The translations under genes were made by a program, and so were the position numbers. A stretch of DNA of 64,000 nucleotides, taken from the IMG/VR virus record IMGVR_UViG_3300021400_000020, positions 1 to 64,000 of that record. One strand, 5' to 3'. Below the pieces are notes generated by a model. That model searched no databases, had not been told where the DNA came from, and was given only the letters and a program-made list of their open reading frames with translations. Source of the DNA: a virus. Within the stretch, counting starts at the first letter, position 1; each line of letters starts with the position of its first letter. Shown in pieces: positions 1 through 7,519 of the stretch.

Positions 1-125
1 ATCTTTGATTCAAGTTTTTCAGAAATCCTTTCAATCCTTGATTTTCTCCAAGGCTCTTCGTTTCAGGTTCCAAGAAAATCCTTTTCAATCCTCAAAATCC
101 CTGACACCTTTCAAATCCTTGACAA
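1..125 (+). repeat. Dispersed repeat, copy 1 (iterated AAATCCTT; complement AGGATTT); partner at 46561-46734
   Basis: By-eye alignment: 71-122 caagaaaatccttttcaatcctcaaaatccctgacacctttcaaatccttga vs 46685-46734 caagaaatcctttcaaatccttaaaatccctgacctctttaaatccctga. Also 20-46 vs 46588-46626. Confidence 0.7.
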
Positions 126-453
126 CCTTGCCCGTCCGCCTATAACGTTCCTCTGTAGTCGCAACCATCGCTTCACGAAACTCACGCTCAGGACGGAAGT
201 GAACCAGACCACGAGGAGGTATCGTACCATCTGTGAACCCTTTCACGCCCTTCTTGAAATAATGGACCTTGCGAGACTGACGAAACGAAATCCCGAAGTG
301 ACCGAAACCCTTCAAGAAGAAAGACTCACCATCCAACAAGGCTGCCTTCATCTCTTCAAGAAACGCTTGAATGACAAGCTGACAAGTAACCTTACTAACA
401 CCACTCTTCTTGCAGATATTCTGCAACATTTTGGCTTTTGTGATATATGGCAT
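85..453 (-). CDS. HU/IHF-family DNA-binding protein
   Basis: 122 aa. HU-like pattern: helical N-terminus (SKVTCQLVIQAFLEEMKAAL), GESFFLKGFGHFGISFRQSRK, and a beta-arm-like segment with IPPRGLVHFRP. Lies next to parA. Confidence 0.6.
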   Translation of the reverse strand: MPYITKAKMLQNICKKSGVSKVTCQLVIQAFLEEMKAALLDGESFFLKGFGHFGISFRQSRKVHYFKKGVKGFTDGTIPPRGLVHFRPEREFREAMVATTEERYRRTGKVVKDLKGVRDFED

Positions 454-656
454 ATATGTTCCTTTTAATAATGTATGTTAATATGAGACAAATGACTTCC
501 AATCGCAGACAAAGATAGGGAAAAAATTTCTATTGTACCAAAACAAAAATGCAATAATTTCAAAATTCTATCATTTCAAAATTATAAAAAGTAAAATATT
601 TTTCATTTTTAAATGTTAAAATTAAATTTTTTCTTTGCAATAAAAAAAACAAGACG

Positions 657-664
657 TATCTTTG
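657..664 (+). promoter_or_regulatory. Bacteroidota-type -7 box TATCTTTG
   Basis: Matches TAnnTTTG, 35 nt upstream of the parA ATG in an AT-rich region. Confidence 0.5.
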
Positions 665-698
665 CGCACGTCTTTAAAATCAATTTACACGCAAAACT

Positions 699-1484
699 AT
701 GATTATCTCTATCCTTAATTACAAAGGTGGAGTGGCTAAAACCACCACCACCCTGAACCTCGGAACAGCACTATGGCTGCTCGACAAGTCGGTACTTCTC
801 ATCGACACGGACTCACAGTGTAACCTCACCAAAGCACTCGGATTCGACCCGAAGACTGACGGCAACGAAACCATCTACGAAATGCTAACAGGCAAATGCC
901 ACTCCTTTCCTATATATGAAAGAGGAAAAGGACTGGACTATATGCCAGGCTCACCCGCACTGGAAAGCATCGCCAAGGAACTGCCAGAGTATAAGAAACT
1001 AACCGTACTCCGACACTACCTCTCTCAAATCGCAACACAATACGACTACATCCTGATTGACTGCCCACCATCAGCATCACTACTCAACTACAACGCAATG
1101 ATAGCGTCCGAGTCTATCATCATCCCTCTCGAATGCGCCGCATTCTCAGTACAAGGCTCACTCAAGCTGATACCAGACATCGAAGGCATCAAGGCTGAAC
1201 TGAACCCGAAACTCACCATCCTCGGCTACCTCTTCACCAAATTCGACAAGAGAACCAACATCGCCCGACAAGTGAAGGAACTCTTCGAACAAAACAAGAA
1301 CGTACCTACTTTCAAGACAACCATCAGAAGATGCGTGGCTTTCGATTCCACACCTATCGAACACCAGTCTATCTTCGAATTCGATGCAGAGTCCAACGGA
1401 GCAAAAGACTACCTCGCACTCGCAGAAGAAATCACCAAAACAAAAAGGAAGAAAAACTGGAAACGAAAAATCAATCCATCCTAA
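699..1484 (+). CDS. parA: ParA/Soj-type partition ATPase
   Basis: 261 aa. N-terminal deviant Walker A (MIISILNYKGGVAKTTTTLNLG), LIDTDSQ and ILIDCPP motifs. Confidence 0.9.
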   Translation: MIISILNYKGGVAKTTTTLNLGTALWLLDKSVLLIDTDSQCNLTKALGFDPKTDGNETIYEMLTGKCHSFPIYERGKGLDYMPGSPALESIAKELPEYKKLTVLRHYLSQIATQYDYILIDCPPSASLLNYNAMIASESIIIPLECAAFSVQGSLKLIPDIEGIKAELNPKLTILGYLFTKFDKRTNIARQVKELFEQNKNVPTFKTTIRRCVAFDSTPIEHQSIFEFDAESNGAKDYLALAEEITKTKRKKNWKRKINPS

Positions 1485-1487
1485 CAG

Positions 1488-1553
1488 CCACCGTTCCCGA
1501 AAGTTCTGTTTTCGGGTTCCCCTCGCCACCGTTCCCGAAAGTTCTGCTTTCGG
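1488..1553 (+). repeat. Hairpin-A elements x2 (CCACCGTTCCCGAAAG-TTCTG-YTTTCGG)
   Basis: Copies at 1488-1516 and 1526-1553, directly after the parA stop. Each has a 7-8 bp inverted repeat and a 5-nt loop. Confidence 0.9.
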
Positions 1554-1560
1554 CTTTCAG

Positions 1561-1590
1561 TTTCTCAGTATGCAGCGGTTTTGCCGCTGC
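1561..1590 (+). repeat. TTTCTCAGTA box + hairpin B (GCAGCGG-TTTTG-CCGCTGC)
   Basis: Box at 1561-1570 and hairpin at 1572-1590. The same box+hairpin recurs at 50357-50386 and 50417-50446. Confidence 0.85.
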
Positions 1591-1627
1591 CGTATTCTTC
1601 CATTCTGCTTTCGGTCCCCCACCCCAC

Positions 1628-1657
1628 CCCCCCATTAAACCCATCAACCCCATAAAA
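1628..1657 (+). repeat. C-rich CCCAT-type tract
   Basis: cccccattaaacccatcaaccccataaaa, upstream of the 1685 start. Confidence 0.6.
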
Positions 1658-1684
1658 TAACAACATCTTTAAATCATAAAAATC

Positions 1685-2017
1685 ATGGCTAAGAAAAAAA
1701 TCACCATCCAGCAATTTGCTGACCAGACAGAAGCTGAGTACCGCAACCCCATCAACATCGGCAGCGCAGAGCTTAAAAAACTGAAGCAAAAGCGCATCCG
1801 CAAATACGGACGAGCAAACCCTACGCAGTTCTTCATGCCTGATGAACTCGCCAAAAAAATCAACTTCTGCTCCGTCAGAAACGAAATCGAGAAACAAAAC
1901 CTGCTCTATGCTGTCACACAGTTCTTCTTCTCTACCTACGTCACCGATGAAGGATTCATCGACGAGAAGATGAAGGAAACCATCAACAACATCATCGAGG
2001 AATCCTACTCGCTCTAA
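1685..2017 (+). CDS. Hypothetical protein; candidate ParA partner by position only
   Basis: 110 aa, immediately downstream of parA. No motif recognised. Confidence 0.5.
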   Translation: MAKKKITIQQFADQTEAEYRNPINIGSAELKKLKQKRIRKYGRANPTQFFMPDELAKKINFCSVRNEIEKQNLLYAVTQFFFSTYVTDEGFIDEKMKETINNIIEESYSL

Positions 2018-2026
2018 CCCACCACC

Positions 2027-2055
2027 CCACCGTTCCACGAAATTCTGTTTCGTGG
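2027..2055 (+). repeat. Hairpin-A variant (CCACGAAA-TTCTG-TTTCGTGG)
   Basis: Keeps the CCACCGTT prefix and the loop. Both stem arms are changed in a compensatory way. Confidence 0.85.
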
Positions 2056-2194
2056 CAACCAATGACCAACGAACCACTTTTTTTCACTTTTTCTTTTTTA
2101 TTTCTTTTTAAGAAGGGTATATATCTATAATATCAGTTTGAGAAAATTGAAATAAAATTGTGAAATTGTCAACCTACAAAACAACTGATATTCA

Positions 2195-2425
2195 ACACCT
2201 TACACTTAAAAAGGTAAACAAGATGGTAGAATATCGTAAACAAGATGGTAGATTATTGGCAAAATACGTAAACAAGATGGTAGAATACCGTGAACAAAAT
2301 GGTAGATGGATTTTGCCAAATAAGAACAAAAGGCGATAACGAAGTGAAAAAAGAGGCTTCTTGTTGTAAGTGCAAAAACTTCATTATCAAACACTTACAC
2401 TTAAAAAGGTAAACAAGATGGTAGA
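2195..2425 (+). promoter_or_regulatory. Iteron array (candidate oriV): GTAAACAAGATGGTAGA x5
   Basis: Copies at 2214-2230, 2236-2252, 2268-2284, 2290-2306 (degenerate) and 2409-2425. The outer copies sit inside a 35-bp direct repeat (acacyttacacttaaaaaggtaaacaagatggtaga). The array ends 18 nt before the Rep-like ORF. Confidence 0.8.
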
Positions 2426-2442
2426 TTAAAAATTGAAAAGGT

Positions 2443-3930
2443 ATGAAAAAGGACGACAAAAATAACCCGATAGAAAAGAAAGCGAATCTACTGGATGCAA
2501 GATGGATTAACACGCCCTTCGTCTATACGGAATTCTTCAAAGGATTATCACTCCTGCAACAGGACATCATGATAAAGGTGTCTGACAACATCCAGAACTT
2601 TATCAACTCGTATTTTTCCGACGGCAGAAACAACTCGAAAGACGTTCCAAGACCTCTTTTCACGGAGGACGATAAAGAACACCACCTTGAACCCATACGC
2701 ATCACACTCGCTGAATATGGCATCACAGCTGGGCATTACGACCAAATCGAGAAAGCCGTCAAGGAAATACTCGAAATCAAAGCCAAACGCATCACGCATG
2801 ACGAAAAGGGAGGACTCGTCATTCAGTGGATAAACATCTTCCTGCAAGGCGAAACACCCATCACCACAGAAGGATATACCTTCACAAGCAAGAACGGAGA
2901 ACTCAAAACCGTCACACGCTCTAAAGGATGGCTCGACTTCCGAATCAATCCAGAAGTCGCTGACTGGGTATTCGATATGTCGAAAGGCTATGTCAACCAT
3001 CCTAACATCATCGCACGTATCAGCACGGCATCACACACTCCACAACTCTACTCCCTCCTCAAACACAAATGCGAACAGTCAGGCAAGGGAAAACTCACCG
3101 TCAACGAAATCAAAGACTACTTAGGACTCTTCGTCAAGAACGAGAAGACAGGTGAAAAAACCTACCAACTGCCTAAATACTCGCAGTTCAAGAAGTACGT
3201 GCTCCAGAAAGTACAAAGCGACCTCGTGCGCATGAGCCAAGAGAAACAAATCGACATCACCTTCGACTTCCACGAAATCATGCCCAATGGACGAAAGACA
3301 GGCGACCCACTCTACATTGAATTCAAACTGCACAAGACAGCAATGGACAAGAAGAAATATAGGATGGCTGCCAACAAGAAAATCGTCGATACACTCATGA
3401 AACGATGTGGTGACCTAAAGGAAGCACTCATCGAACCTATCATCATCAAGGTCAAGGATGAAGACTTCAGCGACTTCTCATCCTACGTCTATCAGGAACT
3501 GCCAGGCATCATCGAACACCACTACCCAGAAGATGTGGCGGCATACACCATCGCGCTACTTCGCAACTGGGTGAAGAACCGACTCAAGAAGATGCAGGAG
3601 GCAACTCAACTGAACCTGTTCGAACAAGTAAACGAAAAACAAAACTACACACCAAAAAAGAACAAAGGGGAATTCGCAGAAGAATGGCAACAGATACTTC
3701 GTGAATACGACGGCATCCTCCACCCTGTCCTGCAAAAGGCAAAGCACCAAGGCAGCATCGACGGATTCATCTGGATAGAATTCAATACCTACGAGGAATA
3801 TCAGCAGTACATCCAAATGACCGAACATAACCCATCGGAAATGAACACCTTAATGAATACCGTCAGAAAGGTCATGGGAGGCATGGACCACGGCAGAGTC
3901 CTCAAAACTGGCTACAAGAAATCCAACTAA
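2443..3930 (+). CDS. Putative iteron-binding replication initiator (Rep)
   Basis: 495 aa, directly downstream of the iteron array and next to parA. No strict catalytic motif recognised, so the call is mostly from context. Confidence 0.55.
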   Translation: MKKDDKNNPIEKKANLLDARWINTPFVYTEFFKGLSLLQQDIMIKVSDNIQNFINSYFSDGRNNSKDVPRPLFTEDDKEHHLEPIRITLAEYGITAGHYDQIEKAVKEILEIKAKRITHDEKGGLVIQWINIFLQGETPITTEGYTFTSKNGELKTVTRSKGWLDFRINPEVADWVFDMSKGYVNHPNIIARISTASHTPQLYSLLKHKCEQSGKGKLTVNEIKDYLGLFVKNEKTGEKTYQLPKYSQFKKYVLQKVQSDLVRMSQEKQIDITFDFHEIMPNGRKTGDPLYIEFKLHKTAMDKKKYRMAANKKIVDTLMKRCGDLKEALIEPIIIKVKDEDFSDFSSYVYQELPGIIEHHYPEDVAAYTIALLRNWVKNRLKKMQEATQLNLFEQVNEKQNYTPKKNKGEFAEEWQQILREYDGILHPVLQKAKHQGSIDGFIWIEFNTYEEYQQYIQMTEHNPSEMNTLMNTVRKVMGGMDHGRVLKTGYKKSN

Positions 3931-3943
3931 GCCACCACTCCTG

Positions 3944-3971
3944 CCACCGTCCCCGAAAGTTTCGCTTTCGG
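3944..3971 (+). repeat. Hairpin-A element
   Basis: ccaccgtccccgaaagtttcgctttcgg, 14 nt after the Rep stop. A TTTCTCAGCA box follows. Confidence 0.9.
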
Positions 3972-4010
3972 TCTTCGTTTCTCAGCAAGTCGCGCTTCTG
4001 GCATGGCAAT

Positions 4011-4052
4011 AAAAAAAGAGGAAAGGGAAGCACTAAGCCACCCCTTTCCTCT
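4011..4052 (-). terminator. Intrinsic terminator (minus-strand sense)
   Basis: 11-bp stem AGAGGAAAGGG/CCCTTTCCTCT (4017-4027 / 4042-4052). The A7 run on the + strand is a U-run for minus-strand transcripts. Lies between convergent Rep and terL. Confidence 0.7.
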
Positions 4053-4300
4053 TTGCTATATATATCAACGATTCTCGCGAATGGTCAATACGTCGTCCTT
4101 TTAGAATGAAACCTAAACCTTGTATAATATTTATGATCAGTTTTAATTCTCGAAAACAAAGGACAGGTGAGCGTTCTACAGCAACTCCCCCCCCCTATCC
4201 TAATCTTTGGAAGTCTTGTCTAAAACAACGCAAAGATACGAATAAATTTTAAAATTCAAAAATTTTTAAATGCAAAAATGATTTGATAGTCATAAATAAA

Positions 4301-6127
4301 TCAACCCATTACAGGTCGGCTCACACGCATCTTACCACCAAAGGAAGCTGCACTGAATCCCCTACCACCAAAACCATAGAACCGACAGCCGATAATCAGG
4401 GTATCAGCGGCATCGGAAATATCAGTGCGCTCTTCAAGCGGTCCTGCCGTCGGAGAACTGGACCTGTACTTCTCCCTACCCTTGTCCTTCTTCACGTAGG
4501 TATGCCCATTCTTGTCAACGGCTGTAGCCACCTTCGCGTTCTCCATCGCTACTATCAAGTATTCGTTATTCTCAACATTGATTCTGAAGAATAACTGCTG
4601 CTGACCGCTCATGACATCATTCAGAAACTGATACTTCTGGTCGTGACGCATAGGTGTCTTCATATCCACCATAATGACATGCCAACCTCGCGCCGTCAAC
4701 TCTTCATTCACGACATTATAAAACTTGTACTTTTCCTGCTCCTCCAAGGCATAAGTACCACCCTGCTTCGCCGTTGCATCATAATAATATATAACATCAT
4801 TGCAAGTTGCCTTGTGAGGCTCATAGTAACGACACCACTTCCTACAAAGCTCACGCAGCTTTTGCTCATTCTTTACATACATGGAACTCAACACCACAAC
4901 ACTCTCCACACCATCCATCTTGTACTGCTGACCTGTCACCACAGTATTGATGTTCTTGTTGTAGTCGAAAGCAATCCGCAATGGCAAGCCAGGCACTACG
5001 TCCGTATCAAGCACACAGTTGTAAGTGGCACGCTGCAAGGCATCAAGGTCTGGTGCCTTATACGAGTCGCCGTTCATCATCTTGTGCTTCGCCATGAACT
5101 TCTTCTGGATCACTTCGGTCTGGTCGTCCTCACGTGGCGCATACCCATGAACATGGACATCGAAACTCGAATAATATCCGTCCTTCGCCGCAGCCGTGCG
5201 CTTACCCAAAATCTGCCTGTCAAATACCAACTTCGGCAACTGACGCTCCATCCTCGCTATATAATCCTCACCAAGTATTTCAATATTTTCCAAGGAACTA
5301 AAATTGAAAAATGCCAGACTCTGACAACGCAACTCCTGCAATCGACTGCTCCACTCAGGAAACTCATGACTATTCGACAAGTCAATGCCATACTCCTCCA
5401 TGTAATGCTGCTGCTCTGCAAGCATCTCGACAATCTGCTGATTCACTTCTTCGGTCTGGTCATCCTCCGCACTCTCCCACTCCTGCTGAGCCAACGTCAA
5501 ACCACTATCACTACACCAAGTCTGACTCAAATAACGAGGGTTCTTCTTCGACCAACCAGGATGGTCATAGACATCGCCACGCAAGGCGGGAATTACCTCT
5601 TGCAAGACTTTCTGCCAATTAAAGAAACGAACCTCGTCCCCCATAATCCAACATAGGTTGTAACTGTTGGCAGACGCTCGCTGCTCCATCGAAACCATAA
5701 TCATCACAGCACCATTGTAGAAATGCAAAGCGTTCTCCCAGACACGAGGCTTCACCAAGGGCTCAACATAACCCGAACGCTTCGGAGCATGACCACGGAA
5801 ATACTGCACACCCTCCTTCCATCCTAACATCGTCTCTAACGACTTAACCATATTCGGCATCGTCTTACAGTACAGCTGCTTCAAACTATTACCTAAGAAC
5901 GCACCTAAACCTCTCGGTATCGTCTGCACATTCGCCGTCAGAAATGGGGCTTCTATACTTGTCTTGCCGAATCCTCGACCTGCACGGATATAGGTCTCCC
6001 TCGCACCAAAATTATATATCAACTGCTGAGCACGACTTAGGTACATCTCACGATACTTCGGTGTGAGCTTCTTTCCCTCAGCCAAATCCAAAGGCAATAC
6101 ACTGTCTAATAGCCCTGTGTGCATCAT
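4301..6127 (-). CDS. terL: Terminase large subunit
   Basis: 608 aa. Walker A-like RAGRGFGKTS, Walker B-like IMGDEVRF, and the size and layout typical of TerL. Confidence 0.7.
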   Translation of the reverse strand: MMHTGLLDSVLPLDLAEGKKLTPKYREMYLSRAQQLIYNFGARETYIRAGRGFGKTSIEAPFLTANVQTIPRGLGAFLGNSLKQLYCKTMPNMVKSLETMLGWKEGVQYFRGHAPKRSGYVEPLVKPRVWENALHFYNGAVMIMVSMEQRASANSYNLCWIMGDEVRFFNWQKVLQEVIPALRGDVYDHPGWSKKNPRYLSQTWCSDSGLTLAQQEWESAEDDQTEEVNQQIVEMLAEQQHYMEEYGIDLSNSHEFPEWSSRLQELRCQSLAFFNFSSLENIEILGEDYIARMERQLPKLVFDRQILGKRTAAAKDGYYSSFDVHVHGYAPREDDQTEVIQKKFMAKHKMMNGDSYKAPDLDALQRATYNCVLDTDVVPGLPLRIAFDYNKNINTVVTGQQYKMDGVESVVVLSSMYVKNEQKLRELCRKWCRYYEPHKATCNDVIYYYDATAKQGGTYALEEQEKYKFYNVVNEELTARGWHVIMVDMKTPMRHDQKYQFLNDVMSGQQQLFFRINVENNEYLIVAMENAKVATAVDKNGHTYVKKDKGREKYRSSSPTAGPLEERTDISDAADTLIIGCRFYGFGGRGFSAASFGGKMRVSRPVMG

Positions 6128-6240
6128 ACTAAAATTTTATTATTTTTGCATGATAAAATTACATAATTCTAAAATCTAAATATTTCAAAACTTTTAAATT
6201 ACTGCATCATAGAATATTGAAATAATATAATACCAGAATT

Positions 6241-7104
6241 TTAAAAGTCCTCCTCTTCCAATTCCTCCACCTCTTTATATGCAGGAGTTTCGCCATTGCC
6301 ATCATCATCCACCTCGTCAGCTTCTCCGTATGCAGCGGTTCTGCCGTTGCCATCATCATCCACCTCGTCAGTTTCTCTGTATGCAGCGGTTCTGCCGCTG
6401 CCATCATCGTCCACCTCGTCAGCTTCTCCGTATGCAGCGGTTCTGCCGCTGCCATCATCGTCCACCTCGTCAGTTTTTCTGTATGCAGCGGTTCTGCCGC
6501 TGCCATCATCGTCCAGCGAACGACGCTCCAACTCTTCCATGCGTTGCTCCAGCATCTGCTGAATATGGTCCTTCGTACCACCATATCTGTTATACAAGGC
6601 TATCAACTCCTTACGGGTAATCGTCTTCTTGTCACTACTAATCGTCTCGACACGGGAGGTGAGGAATATAGGCAACTGAGCTGTATTGCTGGCTGCCTCT
6701 ACCGCACTGTCCTCCTTGTCCAAGTGGTCTATGTCCTTCAGCAACTCAGCTCCCTTGATTTTTGCCGTGTTGTCACCCACTGCATCACCATGACGAATGG
6801 AATCCATCGCCACCCTACGCACAATCACCTTCGACATCTCACGACTACTGTTCCTTTGACAAAGCGAAAGAATATGTAGGAAAATCTGCTTGTCTATCAC
6901 AATCTGCCAAGTTCGCCTTCCCTTCCGCTTCAACCACATGTCAACATCCATATAGGGATTGTCTTCGAATCTGTGATATAACTCTAAACATAACTTCACT
7001 CGCTCACGCTGCTTGTCACCTAAGCGCAGCTCCTCCAACGGAATTCCCAGCTCAATATGACGTGTCACCTGCTGCATGGTGTGCTGACTCGGTTCTGTAC
7101 CCAT
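6241..7104 (-). CDS. Hypothetical protein upstream of terL (small-terminase candidate by position) with acidic repeat tail
   Basis: 287 aa. The C-terminus is five 17-aa repeats (DDDGSGRTAAYxxxDEV). Confidence 0.6.
   Translation of the reverse strand: MGTEPSQHTMQQVTRHIELGIPLEELRLGDKQRERVKLCLELYHRFEDNPYMDVDMWLKRKGRRTWQIVIDKQIFLHILSLCQRNSSREMSKVIVRRVAMDSIRHGDAVGDNTAKIKGAELLKDIDHLDKEDSAVEAASNTAQLPIFLTSRVETISSDKKTITRKELIALYNRYGGTKDHIQQMLEQRMEELERRSLDDDGSGRTAAYRKTDEVDDDGSGRTAAYGEADEVDDDGSGRTAAYRETDEVDDDGNGRTAAYGEADEVDDDGNGETPAYKEVEELEEEDF
6259..6513 (-). repeat. 51-bp tandem repeat x5 inside the CDS; each unit contains hairpin B
   Basis: Each unit carries gcagcggttctgccg(c/t)tgc, the same stem as intergenic hairpin B, with loop TTCTG. 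Confidence 0.85.
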
Positions 7105-7172
7105 AATTTTATAATTTTGTTATGATAAAATTTCAAAATATTAAAATCTCAGAATTTCAAAATGTAATAATA

Positions 7173-7237
7173 CCACCGTTCCCGAAAGTTCCGCTTTCGG
7201 TTCTTTCTTTCCCTGTTCCCGAAAGTTTCGCTTTCGG
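7173..7237 (+). repeat. Hairpin-A elements x2
   Basis: Copies at 7173-7200 and 7212-7237, between two minus-strand genes but in + orientation. Confidence 0.9.
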
Positions 7238-7243
7238 CTCTCA

Positions 7244-7519
7244 TCACTTAATAATACACAGCAAGCCAGGCTCGCCATAACTTGTCAAGTGAAGAGTAAA
7301 ACCTAAACCCGCCAGCATCGCAAGATAATCATCCAAAGGGTCGTTCTCACTATCCTTTCGAGGATAAGCACCAAGCGCATTACGAAGCATACCACGGGTG
7401 AAGACCATATCGGCTATGCCCTCAATATCAACAGGAGCATACGACCGCACAAAATCCTCAATCACCGATGGATAGGTGACAGTCTGAATAGAACTATTTT
7501 CTTCCTCCTTCTCTTTCAT
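7244..7519 (-). CDS. Hypothetical protein
   Basis: 91 aa. Its start overlaps the stop of the upstream gene by 1 nt. Confidence 0.6.
   Translation of the reverse strand: MKEKEEENSSIQTVTYPSVIEDFVRSYAPVDIEGIADMVFTRGMLRNALGAYPRKDSENDPLDDYLAMLAGLGFTLHLTSYGEPGLLCIIK

Noticed and set aside
1-125. Direct terminal repeat / window-end artefact
   Set aside because: The partner copy is internal (46.6 kb), not at the other window end, so it gives no evidence about genome termini.
1331-1660. ORF-track entries that translate the repeat modules (1331-1660, 36684-36956 part, 45505-46527, 50226-50600, the 55441-55632 N-terminal extension of dcm, 57427-57755, 59055-59501, 59979-60113, 60724-60864)
   Set aside because: Their products are strings of the same repeat-derived peptides (TVPESSAFG, PPFPKVLLSAF, NPINPI). 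They exist only because the repeats lack stop codons. True starts were placed at the ATG after each module.
2206-2513. Minus-strand ORFs across the iteron region
   Set aside because: They are composed of iteron repeats (LVYHLV... peptides) and overlap each other and the rep promoter region.
4643-5656. 337-aa + strand ORF opposite terL
   Set aside because: It is antisense to a well-supported terminase ORF. Its translation is leucine/histidine/threonine-rich with no motif.
6207-6620. Alternative-frame ORFs in the 51-bp repeat array
   Set aside because: All frames stay open because of the tandem repeat. Only the frame continuous with the 287-aa ORF has a unique N-terminal domain.
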